Shown here: positions 1 through 13,335 of the stretch, piece by piece
How positions within the stretch are numbered: the stretch's first letter is position 1
Layout: every line of letters starts with the position of its first letter
Source of the DNA: the human T2T-CHM13v2.0 reference genome, Homo sapiens
Assembly: GCF_009914755.1 (NCBI RefSeq)
Contig: NC_060928.1
Strand: one strand, 5' to 3'
Length of the DNA: 64,000 nucleotides
The notes under the pieces: generated by a model
Seen by the model: the letters and a program-made list of their open reading frames with translations, nothing else
Told to the model about the DNA's origin: nothing
The model's database searches: none
Translations under genes and position numbers: made by a program

Positions 1-329
1 ACTACAATAGAAATTACATTTATTTTTAAAAATTAATACAGATTACATAAAATACTAAGATGATTTCAGTACATACTTACTAAAATTTTAAGAAGACCCA
101 AGACTTTATAGTAGGACCTCTGAGTTATATGTCTGAAAATTAATTGACTTTTGGATTTGAATATATTACTAATTCACTTAGCCAGTTTAATTGGATTTAT
201 CAGTTGTTAAGAGTTAGCAGTTTATCATAATAATCATATTGATGCTTAATACCCTCTGCATCTATTATTTGGGATGTCTGGAGTTGAAAAACTCCAGACA
301 CAATTTAAATGAACTAGAAAAAATCATAA

Positions 330-530
330 GGTTTAGGATCAGAAGGCCCAGAGTTCAAATTTCACATCACTCAGTCCCTGAACTAGCTCATGATGCTGTA
401 AAAGTTGCACAATATTTCTGAACCTCGATTTCTTTATCCATAAAACAATGATGTTAATATTTACATTGTTTAGTTATTGTGTGTCCTAATTAGTTAATGT
501 ACCAAAACACCTAACATTGTAGTTTCTATA
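330..530. mobile_element. MIR relic
   Basis: ccagagttcaaat...tctgaacctcgatttctttatccataaaac resembles the MIR core. Edges approximate. Confidence 0.55.
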
Positions 531-1757
531 CGAAGCATATTTAAGGAAATAATGTTTATCACATAAATTGGAACGTATTCTTTTATATATAAAATGCCCA
601 ATTAATATACAACTTTAGAGTTCAGAGAACACAACAAAATAGTAGGGTGCCCACATCTGCAATATGAAGAACAATGAAGTTTTTTATGTAGGGTGTAAAC
701 TTCAGAAAGTTGAAGGATCCTTTCTGATCTCATGTGTCCTGCTCATCAGTGTATCCCCAGCGCTGATCCTGATGCCTGATACCTAGAGAGCAATCAATAA
801 TTAATGCTATATTGAGGAAGTGAACCAACACCCAGGATTAGAATGGAGAAAACTAATTTTTCTCCACTCTAGGTATGACCACTCAAGGTAGTACACTAGA
901 GTAGTTCTTCTTTTTTTAATATGAATACACAAATTAATAATCCTGGAAAATATGTTCAGATTAAGTAAATAGTCAAACTTGGAGCAATTATCCAAGACAG
1001 CCATATAAGGCTGTCTGCATGGATAATAGCCATAATAATGTTGATAATTCTATGTTTAATTGTGATCGAAGCCGACATCTTTTTCCTAAAAGGGTGTGCT
1101 GAGTTTATTATGAAATTAAATTTAGGATAATTTATATTTTAGTGATCACATCTTAGAGAAAACTGCAGGCATATTTTATGATGCTAAGGTTGGAGAAATC
1201 TAAGAGTTCTCTATAGTTAATTTCCTGAAAATAGAAGTTAGTTTTCAAAAGTCCAAACAAATCAGGAAGATTAGAAACTAAAATAAATTGTCATATAAGA
1301 AATAATGAATCTATGCATTGGGGATGTTGCATTTAGTTTTCGTTACCACGATTAGGAAAGATTCTGAAAAAGGATTAAATTATCCAGAGGGGTTTAGAAG
1401 AGTATACTAAAAATATGAAAATTAGGACTCTTAAGTCTATGGAAGAAAATATAAAAGGCATTTTTGTTGAAGTTTATTAAATGATGTAAATTATTACTGA
1501 AACTGCATTTGTTTTGAATTTTCCAGTATATTAAAACAATGGCTAACAATTATAGTTGAGAGAAATATATTTAGGAAAAGTAATGCATTATTCAGCATTC
1601 TATTATCTATACTATATTAACACATGTGTTATGGGCTGAAATTACACCAGTATCACATGAGGGTAAATGGGTTGAAAGTGTAAGTTTAAAAGAGTTTCAA
1701 ATGAGTTTGTGAATGGATATCATACCCTTCCACAAATGACAGAGATGGACTATTAAA

Positions 1758-2952
1758 TCAGAGTTGGTAGTTTTTGCTTTTGTTTACTGTGTTTCTCATT
1801 CACCCTAAATGGTCCTATCTATAACAAGCTTTGGAAAAGCACCATGCACCTGAAATTCTTGCATTCTGATGTTCATACCTAGAGAGATTTATGGTGACAT
1901 AAGCAGCCAAATAGCACAAGTGAAATTTTATATGAAGTATATGACATGCATGATTCAATATATATGCCCACTTTTAAATATACCAATAGTATATTTGGAC
2001 TATAATAATGAATTCATTTCAAATATTGTCATTTTGCTTGACATTCGTATCATCACATAAGCTAGATTCCCGTTATATAAAGATGCACAAAGGCTCATTT
2101 CAGAAATAAAAACAAATAACTGTTATTATTTTTTACAAAGGTGAAGGACAATAAAAATTGACTAAAATCCTGAAAAAACAATTCAGAGTGCTTCAGTTGG
2201 GCCCTAAACTCAATGCGCAATCTTGACACATATATTGAGTTATAATTATTTACTACATTATATTTATTTTGTAACTGTCGTCAGTTTTTTATGTATGGAT
2301 CTATTAATTTCAATGAAATTTGGATCCAGTAAATTTCTATACAATGGAGTTTGGTTATTTGGCACTTCATAAAAATGTACCTTTCACATAATGAATGAAT
2401 AATTTATATTATGATTTCTCTTGTGTAGGACAGTTCTTGCAGGAATACAAAGTAATGGTAAATTTTGATTTAAAGTGCAGCAATTCATGCACTTTAGAGC
2501 CAGTTGGATGCCAAAGTAACTTGGTTGGTGTTTATTTCTAGTTACAGTCAGTGTTTTCTTTCTTTCTACCAATGAGATGAGATATTTGAAGGCTTTTTTT
2601 CTTCTTAGGCCATATCAATTCAAAGAAAATGAGAAACCATAGATTTTGGGTTGGCCTTACAATGTGCTGTCATTTCATCTTTCCAAATATAAAAATCAAA
2701 ACTTCATCCTACTTCACTTAATCTTTTCAAAGCTGTGTTCCTTAATGCTGATTTTTTTAAATCAATTTCAATGACTTCGTTTCTTGTATACAGCAGAAAG
2801 AATCCAGTTTGGTCTTTGTAAGGAGTGAAAGACTAGGAAGGAAGTATGTGTTGTATAGTCAGTGCTTCAGAGTTGGTAGATTTTGCTTTTGTTTACTGAG
2901 TTTCTCATTCAGTCCGAATGTTCCTATCTATAACAAGCTTTGGAGAAGCACC
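1758..2952 (+). repeat. Spaced direct repeat, 86 bp (1758-1843 and 2867-2952)
   Basis: Ungapped manual alignment gives 8 mismatches in 86 bp. Confidence 0.9.
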
Positions 2953-5900
2953 TTTGTCCCCAGAGCTGGCCTCCAGGAAGGCTTGGATCCTTACAAGTTT
3001 GGAAAAATGGTTACTGGCGGTCATCCATAGGAAAACAGAGCAAGTTTACAAAGCTCCTGCTGATTTCCTTGAAAGTACTCCCTCCTCATTCTCTACAGTA
3101 AGCCATTGAATGTTACTAGGGATGGACACTAAGCAGAAAGATTTCTGAGTATCTATTCATCTTCCCCAATCAGACAGTCCTTTAAATTTAAAGAAGAATG
3201 CCTGACCCTTAAGACAGGGAGGTTCATCATATTTCCCATTCTGACAGTTTGGAATGAAAGGACACATAAATTATTATTATTATTATTGAATTAGAGGTAT
3301 GGGTATGATGACTGAGGTTTCTCAGCAGAAGATTTCTGATTCCATGCTTTGCATCATTAGACAGCCAACAGAAGCTGCACTTAGTGGCCGCGTGATGTGA
3401 TTGATTGGTTAGATTGGAATAAAACTTTTTTGTTGTTTTTTAAATCCAATATTACTTTATTTTTATTTAATTAACTTACATTCAAATGCAATTGATCATA
3501 TGATTTTCTAATTTTAGGATTAAAATATATATGAAGATAAGTTTGGTGCCACCAATTTGAAATTAAATGTACAGATAAAACAATAGAACAATTACTGATA
3601 CAGGCCATCACTGATACAGTAACTACTTTAGAATGCATCATAAATTTCATTTTCATATGGATTTGGTAAATGTGCTTTTAGTTACAGAATTGTTAGTCAT
3701 AAATCAACTAGCAAAACAGAATTTCAAATTTTTGAGAAACCATGAACCATGTGATGCATGTTATTTTGTTATCCTCTGCTGTCTCTTAAGAAATTATTTT
3801 TTTCTAGTCACATTATTTGTATCAGCCTGTCTGCAAAACTGAGTCTGTGCATTTCTCTCTGTCTTCACAATAAATTCAGTTCCATTGTATGTGCAAGAGT
3901 TCTTGTTCATACCATAAGCTTTTTAGCTGTTTCATGATAGCTTAGTTTTGTTAATATATAGAACCAAACTCCCATATGAAGTGAGGAAATAAATGTGTAA
4001 TGAGTAAGAAGGCAGAATTTTGTTTTGATTTTTCAAAACTTGTTACTGAAAGTCAGAAATGTTTGTACACATGTTCTCCTGATTATGATCAGTGATTAAA
4101 CTTTTGTATTAAGAACTCTTCCTACCAGAAATACTCATCCTAAGAAAGATGAATTCTTCAGAATTTTCCCATTTATTACTAAATTCTAGACACTTCCAAC
4201 TCAGAACAAACTTGGTTTTGAGGAATACCAAGTAGGCACAGGATTTAAGGCAGAAATTCAGCTAATTCCAGAACGGTTGATGCTACCTGTTGAAGCATTT
4301 TATAGTGGAATTTCAATAAACAGTAGATATATTATGCCCTTTGATTTATTGTAGTATAACTTTTATTTTCCCCAACAAATCCTTTTTTTAAAAAGGGATT
4401 TAGGTTGTTTCAAGTATATACTAATTTAATTGTCATGATTTGTCTAGCTTATAGAATACTACTTATGAAGACTATTATACATTGAAGTTCTGTGCTTAAA
4501 TAGAATATAGCTCTAAGTAATTACGTTAGTGGTAATTAAAATATTCTGGAAACATTTTTTGGTCACCTGGTGCTGTGATTTTCAAACTAGAGCTGAAAAA
4601 AACCTCAAGGGCCAGGGAAAACTTTGTCACTAGTACTTCTCACCCTCTTCACCATTTCAATCAGTATAGCTCCAAGTGTAACAGCTTTAAATGATTTCTT
4701 CCATGTAACATTAGTTATTTTTAATATAATAATTTATTGTTCTCAAAAAAATGTTTACACAGAATAGGTAATCACTAAATGTTTTGTCTGAAAATGCACT
4801 AGCATGCAGGCCACCAACATATTTGGGAAATACATCTCCTGTGCTTGACTGTTCCTCTTTTAAGTAAAAACTTCTTTTTCCATTGTTACTTTTTAAGCCT
4901 ATTGATCAGTGTTTTCTGCACTTCATTTGTGTACATCACAATGAGGACATTTAAAAAATGGGCTTCCCTAATTTCAGAGACAAGTTCTTCAGATTGCTTC
5001 CCCATATGTGCAATACTTTCCTCTCTGAGAGCTGCCAGTCTTCTTTGTAGGGCTAGCACGCATACATTGCCCTTTTCTGAAATGAAACTAGGGCTTTCTT
5101 CTGCTTCTTCAGCATATTGCAGCCTTGGCTTTAAAAGAAAAAATGCCAGAGTCAACTGTATAAGCCATAAGATTACACTGAATTCTACTGGATGCAGTGA
5201 TGTATTAAAAAAATGATTTATTTCCATATTGCTGTTTCCTCAGCAGAATGCCTTGGACATAATAGGACCTTGATGAATGTGTTTTTAATTCCTGGTTAGC
5301 CCTCTTCTGTATGGAAATCTTAAAAATATTATTTCACTCTAATTTGAAGATATTGTCAAATCTTTGTGAAATTTTAGCAGATTGTAAATTTTAGAAAGAT
5401 CCAAAGGAAACATTGTTAATACTAATAAAGATTTTATGTGACCAAAATCGGATCTTATTTTTCAAGAAATACTCAGTTCTATAGAAAGTTTGGCCTTCAG
5501 TCAGAATGACTTCTTCATTCAATCAGTTTTATAATAATTTGAAAATGAAAACCAGCCAGCATTTACTGATGATAGTTTACAGAAGTTTCACCAAAACATT
5601 ACTTCATCACAAACAAAGAAACTATTCATTGCCTGTTAGGCATCATCTCAACATCTGTCCACTATTGGCTTGTCCATTTTTATATTGTTTTAGAATATGA
5701 TATAAATAATTTTTTATTATTTTCTCTTTAGTTTAAAATTGTACTGTGCCCCAAATTGGTATTGGCTCAGAAATGAGATGAATATGTTTTAAAGTAAGTC
5801 CTTTTCATAATATGTTTAGTATTCTTTGTCAATCTTTTAGTTGGCTTAGAGCTTGATATTATCTTTAAAAACAGAAATTAATACTTGTCATTAGAGTAAA

Positions 5901-8106
5901 ACAGTGCTGTAGCAGAGCTCACGGTTACATTGATAAACTATACATACATATATGTATTATATATTTATCTTAAGTAGAAACTATCAGTGCTGGTATTGTT
6001 GTAAGGGAGATCTGTGGTTTCTATAATATGACTTATATGCATACATACTTTATTAAAAGTGAACATTTGTTACATTTTAATCGTTAGAGTAAAATATTTA
6101 GTGACTGAAAAATTCCAAATGAAGACTAAGTAAAATATGTTTTGGTTGAATTGTGAAGTTTGAGAATTTGCAAAGCCATAATTATAGAATCAACCCAAAG
6201 GTCCCAGAAATTTTCAATAATCTATCATCCTTATTTAAAATTATTATACAATAAAAAATTGTGTTTTAATCGCATGAGTAGACAGATGTTTATGCTGTTA
6301 TTCAGCGAATCTTGCAAAAGTGAGTGTAATTCATAGAATAAAACAATGTTGGAAATATGCTTTCTTAAAGGCAATAAAAGTTGAAGTCTATGTATCAAAG
6401 ACAAAGGTGGGAAATTGTATTGCATTTTATAATATTTTGGAAAAATTCTGTAAACTGCTATTACTAAGATTATTTTATAAGATTTTACCCCAGATTTTCA
6501 TAGGTAATAAATGGGCAAATAACTTATCGTTTTCCCTAGTCAGATCGCTGGTGTTAAATTAATATAAAGTTTTAATATAAGGGATTTTTATTAATAAAGT
6601 ATTTTGGTAACACTCAACATGTACTTTATTTGCTTTTGGATATGTTTTTGATTCAAATATAGAAAAGAATAACTAAGATACTTTGGTGTTATATATGGAT
6701 ATAGTCAACTTAGAAAATTATACACATTGAATCTTTTTATTGTGCTTACTCAAAAATGAATTGGTTTCATTTCTTTGCTGATGGAATATTGAACACGCTC
6801 TCACTCTGATGTACAGTTATAGTGTATACTAGGTAAGAAAAGAGAGTCCCAGGCCAATTTAAACAATGATAGGGTTTGCTTTTCTGAATTCTGAGAAGCT
6901 AGTTCAGGGGAAGAAATGAAACCACAGTGTAGAGGGTCGAATGGTGAAGGTGAAAAATTAGTATCAAGCCTCAGTTCAACAGGAAAATGTGTGTGGAAAT
7001 GGAAGAATGAAGGTAATATTGGTAGATGGGAGAATAGTAAACAAGCCTTTCAGAGTTTAATGAAAAAAAAAAAAAAACTGGTTAGAACAGTTGGGTAAGA
7101 AGGAAAATAAATCTAAAGTTTAGTTTTTAACTTGATCAGAGTCCTGGATCAAACAGTGGACCTCAAAGGAACTGTTCAAAGCAGTACTCCTAGTATGGTT
7201 TCTGAGACTTTCTGAATTTTAAGATTCAGAAACGTGGGAGGAAGTCATACTAGCTTAGCTTCAACTGCACATTTATATTATGACAGTTTTTCCTGTTATC
7301 CACATATTTTTTAAATTTAGACATGAATATAGAGAAATTTAGTATAGCCTCTACTTATTAAAATGTTAGTACTTTACTTTTACCAAATAATTCCCTGCAT
7401 ATCATCAAAAATTTATATTTTTAGCCAATTTAATTTTAGAGAACCTTCATATGAGGTATTGACACCGGATAGAAAATTAAAGGAATTTTAAAATATATAT
7501 TTCTTTCCAAGAAAATGATTTATACATTCATGTAATAATTTGTATTACCCTAAAACATATTTACATCTCTAAAGTAAAATTAGTTTCTAAGGTGGATATG
7601 AGAGTTGGCTAGTTATAACAGAAAATTTGGATATCCTCCACATATTTTAATGTAACAAAAAAACAAATTCTTTTGATCCATCTCATTACAGAATGTGTTC
7701 CAGATATAATTCCAAATGCATGTAGGTAAATGGAAAGAAAAATTGGATCCTGGAGTTGTACTGATCTGATGGAAATAATATTACGAACTTGGTTTGAGTG
7801 TCAGCTCTTTTTACTAGCTTTGTGCCCTTGGTCAAGTTACTTGATTTTTGTTAACTTACGCTTTCTTATCTGTGAATGAGGAAACACCTATGTTTGGGGT
7901 TTTGTAAAGATTAGAGAATGTAATTTATGCATGGTACACATGCCTTTTATGATACAGGTAAAATATTTCACATCTTCATCTCATTTGTTTCTGGTGATGT
8001 AGAGGTGGTAGGTCAATCTTTTTTTCTTTTTTTTTCTCCAATAATCAGTGGACTCAATTGAATTGGAGAAGGGGTTGCTTGGTGGAAGAGAAAAAACATA
8101 TGGCAC

Positions 8107-8124
8107 TGATGATGATGATGATGA
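8107..8124. repeat. (GAT)n trinucleotide repeat
   Basis: tgatgatgatgatgatga. Confidence 0.85.
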
Positions 8125-10540
8125 CAAAGTTGATTTGCAATTTTTTAACAGATTATCTTTCTATAGGGCCAGAAGCCATATTGTCTCTTCCTTCCCCAGA
8201 TATTCTTACATTAGAGGATTTTTTCTATCACAGTTGCACCCCTTGATTGACATAGCAATATCCTATAAGTAGCAGCCCTGCTGTTTGGATCATGTTTTTT
8301 TTCTGTCGGCAGTGTATCACAAGTATTTTCCTCAGTGGCCTAAACAGACCCTGAGTGGAAGTCTGGTAAAAGCAACCTCGTCTGCATGCATCACTTTGAA
8401 TGATTTCAAAGAGGAAAGAAGCAGCTGTGACAATGTTCACATGAACCACTCAGAGTGGCCTTATCTTTGTAGTCTAACAATAATAGTACACCCTGGCTGC
8501 ATTCCTCTGCTTGAGAAGAGCAAAGTTGCCTAAGAGCCATCCATACATTTGTATTCCTTGACATGTCTTAAAGTTGGATGTATGATAAAGCTAATGACAT
8601 CTTTACATCCCTGAGTAATTTGTCTTGAAAGTAAATGTAGAGAAATGCTCTTTATGGATTTATTGCATGTGTGGTCAATATTTATTTTATGCAGATATAT
8701 GAACTAATATGTAACAGATTGTTATTTACAAAAGAAACTTGAAGTTTTATTTATTTGACTAGCTAAAGAAATATAAAAAGAAGTTTTCTACATATGCAGA
8801 TCATTATAGAAATAATATTCTTCTCTAAATTTGTAGATATAGGGTGTTTTGTTTTTTGTTTTTTTTTTTTTTTTGCCATTTATAGGTTACAAGCTATGTT
8901 TAGGTATTTCAGAGTGCCCCATATATGAGTTATTTTAAAAAGTGACAATATTACAGGTGACAAGACTAATATAAGTAGAATATAGTTGAGTTACAGAATA
9001 TGTTGTAATAGTCTTTACAATGCACATCCAATGAACATCATATAGACAGATATTAATATCAATATATCTACACATAATTGATATATAGTATATATTATAA
9101 TAAATATAAGATATGATAATATAACAGATAATATAATAGAAATCATAGATATCTGTATATCAATAGATACAGACTATAAGTCAATGGCGGGATACTGCAC
9201 ATTGCATTAAATCTCCACTAGTTCTTTGTTGAACATTCATGAATCTAAAAATGTAAAAATTAAGTCCCCTGAGGGAGTAACTATGTCTTTGCATGCCTTC
9301 TATTTTAATATCTCAGTATAGCTCCCCCAACACTTCCCATTATGTGCTTTTATACAAAGCAACCAGTAATAATGCTGAATGAATAAAAGTGAACATAGCA
9401 TATAATGTATTCCATATGTATAAAACAATATTCACATGAATGAAATTGATCCATCAGTGTGTTCAACTATGAGTCTGTGTTTCTGAGTACCTGTAAACAA
9501 AAAGAAGCGTTGAAACCTTTTAGGGAGTTATGAGAAATAATAGAGTAAAATGATAAATACATTTTTACTGAATAAATATACCTGAATGAGTTATTCCAGT
9601 TTTTTCATGAATTTAGGCAAATGTACAGTCTCTCGATTGATAATAAAATTTGTCATTTTCTCAGTTAAATTGATACAGATTCTTGTAGAGCAAAAAGACC
9701 TAAAGATAAGATTTGGGATAGATTTATACCTTAACCCAGGTAATAAATAGATTATTCGGGTACTTTAATAGTAACAAAGGAATCAAATGGAATTTTAATT
9801 GAAATGATTTTACTAATATGGTCATTAGCATTAAGTAAATGAGATACATTTGCCATTTCAGCTGTATTTGTTAACATTAGATTTTCATACAAATACAAGA
9901 GATGTTATTTTAACTGCTCATTCTTATGGATTTTACTGCTTTCACTAAAGAGAAACAAAATATTTTATCTCCTCATTGCAATTTAGGCTTAGGGAGTAAC
10001 AACTAAGCATATACATTGTTGAACACTGCTGGCATGTGCTTTGTGAATATGTTTGAATCAAGGGCCTTTACAAAGGGCTCAGACCTTCCTCCTAGGGGGT
10101 TGTCATTTACCGTGGATGCTCTCGTTTGTTGTGGTAAACAGCCTCAGAAAACGTCTTGACATTGTCAATTCCAACAGATTAATGAAGTAACTGGGCCATA
10201 CATCCCTTCCCCTTTACATATGAAAGGAAAAGCTAACTACTTCATAGAGCTGTAAGATTGTTTCCTTTTACCCCTTGGTATTAGTTTCCTTTGTAGTCAG
10301 TTAAGTATGGTTCTTTTAAGTAAGCCAGACCAGAATTCTTTTAAGTAAGCCAGCTTGGGCGGGGGAACTCCAGTGTGATTATAAGTGAGTATATAGGAAA
10401 AAAAGAAATGAAATTAACCTTTTTTTCTTTAGAAATCTTGTGTTTAATTTTATGTTCCAGTGTTTTAAATAACTGAAACCTTATTATGGACAAATTTACC
10501 TGTTATGTTAGGAGAAATGAGTTTCATTTACCATCTTCAT

Positions 10541-11086
10541 CAGCGATCCCCAACCTTTTTGGCACCAGGGACCGGTTTCATGGAAGACAATTTTTCCATG
10601 GACCCAGGTGGAGGGATAGTTTCAGGATGATTCAAGTGCATTACATTTATCGTGCACTTTATTTCTATTATTATTATATTGTAATATCTAATGAAATAGT
10701 TATACAACTCATCATAATGCAGAATTAGTGGGAGTCCTGAACTCGTTTTCCTGCAACTAGATGTTCCCATCTGGGTATAAAGGGATACAGTGACAGATCA
10801 TCACCATTGGATTCTCATAAGGAGCGTGCAACTTAGATCCCTCACATGCGCACTTCACAATAGGGTTTGTGCTCCTATGAGAATCTAATGCTGTGGCTGA
10901 TCTGACAGGAGGCAGAGCTCAGGTGATAAAGTGAGTGATGGGAAGATGGGAAGCGGCTATAAATAGAGATGAAGCTTCACTCCCTTGCTCACTGCTCACC
11001 GCTCACCTCCTGCTGTGTGGCCCAGTTCATATCAGGCCGGTTTCCTATCAGGTAATGGTCTGTGGCCCAGGGGTTGGGGACCCCTT
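10541..11086. mobile_element. MER1A (hAT-Charlie) non-autonomous DNA transposon
   Basis: TIRs cagcgatccccaacc... / ...ggttggggacccctt, about 545 bp, typical MER1 interior. 8-bp TSD atcttcat / atctacat (7/8 match). Confidence 0.88.
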
Positions 11087-12559
11087 ATCTACATCCACGT
11101 TTTCTATGTTTGTGAAGATTTGATGTGGGGTTATGGGTTTGAGGAGCTAAAAATTATAGTTAGTAGAAGGAAAGACAGCTAGAAGTGGAAAGTAAAATCA
11201 CTTACATTGTACTTTTACTAGGACCTATATTGTAGGTATTATAAATCATACAAACAAGTTTGTTATACAAAACATGATTACCTTATCATTGTTTTATTAA
11301 GTATTTAATTGTGCATGAGTAATCATTGCCATTATTGATTTGTCCATATTAAACTTATGATCAGACTTAGTGGACAAATTTTCAACAAATAATAGAAGCA
11401 GCAGCATAAATATCTATATAGAATTAGCCAGGTTCTAGTCTGGCACATCATCACATAGTAGCACATTTAATGCCCCCAATTATTCTATGATATAGATACT
11501 ACTAGTTTCCCCATTTTCCTAATGAGAAAAGTGAGTCATAGTCAGGTGGAGATAATTCACCCCACGTCTTAAGGCCAAATGGAAAAAATCTTCTTACTCT
11601 GGAATTAGGTGGTTAAGTATCTTGATTTTAATGGATGTTGTTGTTTTCCTAATAATTGAGTTATTTGTATTAAAATGCTAAACTGGCAATATATGCCGAT
11701 GGCCAATTTACCTCCAAATATATTGAGTTCATACATATTCATTAAGTGGGATATTTTGGAGAATATACTGCTTATATGTTCAAATGCAAATAATTTAATT
11801 CGCTGTGATTTATAATACTGTTACTCAGTAAATGGACTAAAGGCAGGGTAAGATTTATCAGTCTTAAAAATGTAACTATGAGATCATTATAATCCTATTA
11901 TCTTCTAATTATCCTTTTAAATCAAAAACATACTTTCATGTTGGTATGAGTATCATAACCAAAAGAGAAGAGAAACTTCAAAGAGAAAACTGAATTAGTG
12001 GAGAGTAACTTAATTTCAGAAGAAAATCGTACTTTCATATAAATTCATAGTGAAAGGTAACTATGTGATACCAGCATTCAGGGAACAAATGCCCTTACGT
12101 TTTTGCCTGTGTGTTTGTGGGGAGGGAGGTTGTTTCATTTTGTTTTTATTTCTTGCCTGTTTAAGTTTCTTTTACTCACAGGCTCCAGCCTGGATCTCTG
12201 GGAGGGAGAAGTAGTTCCAAAGATTACAGTGCTTAATCTTAACTCTGAAAACACTACTTATTGACTCTCCACTGGATTCCACTCGCCCAAATTCCCTAGA
12301 TGGATTTTCCCTCAGGATGAAACAACCTAAATTCAAGTGTCCTAAACTGTCTTCCTCTCCCTCCTGCCATTGCCTTTCCTTGTTTCTCTAGTCTAATCCA
12401 TCTTATCTTTTGTTCTTTTCTGTTAATCTATTAATCAGGTCTCTGACATTCTAAAAGCTCTCATGCCCCTTCGCAATATTTCCTCCTTTACGCATTGCTA
12501 GCACCAGCACTTCCACTACTCCAGGAATTAACACCTCTTTCTCTCTTTCCTCAATGGCT

Positions 12560-12790
12560 AAGAGATCTGGAGTCATCATGTCTGGGTTCATATTCCACTT
12601 TCCCAATTTACTGACTTCGTGACCTTACCAAGTCAGTTAACTTCATTAAATTTTCATTTCTTCATTTTCAAAACATTTTCATCACGTTTCCCACACAGGC
12701 TTGTAAGGAGGACACAATTATGTCATGAATATAAAGTTCTTAGCGGGGAGTTTGGCACATAGATCACAGATTAGCCGTTCTTATTATTGC
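12560..12790. mobile_element. MIR relic
   Basis: ggagtcatcatgtctgggttcatattcc...gtgaccttaccaagtcagttaacttc. Confidence 0.6.
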
Positions 12791-13194
12791 TCCCTCGGTA
12801 GAGTCCCACTGTGAAGTCATTATTTCTCACATAACTCACTAATTCAGGAACTCTTTAATCAAACCTATTATGTCTAAGGACCTGAGTAAACAGTTACTGT
12901 TCTCAAGGAACTCACTGTCTAGAAGAAGAAGAGGCTGACCAGCAAAGCCATAATTACAATAAACCTATGCTATTTGTACTGAACAATAATACATATGCAC
13001 TTAATTGTAGTCATCCCCCTGACTATACTCACAAAACTTAACATGTCTTTAGGGGAGGAGGATGGATTGCAGATATGCTATTAGAGGCATAGCCATCTTT
13101 ACTTCATTAAAAGTTTAGTTTACTAAAATTTGCAAATGTTTAAAATATGGTCTTGCTTAATTTCACAAATTCTGGGATAAATATTTAAGGATTT

Positions 13195-13335
13195 AATATT
13201 TATTAAATTTTTTATTTATTTATTATTTATTTTATTTATTTATTTTATTGTTTTTATTTTATTTTATTTATATTTTTATTATTATTTATTTTATTTATTT
13301 ATTATTTATAAATATTTATTAAATATTTATTAAAT
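13195..13335. repeat. AT-only low-complexity (TTTA/TTTTA)n tract
   Basis: About 140 bp that is almost entirely A/T. Confidence 0.9.

Noticed and set aside
8048-8272. ORFs with poly-Asp / poly-Met runs
   Set aside because: Produced by a short (GAT)n repeat.
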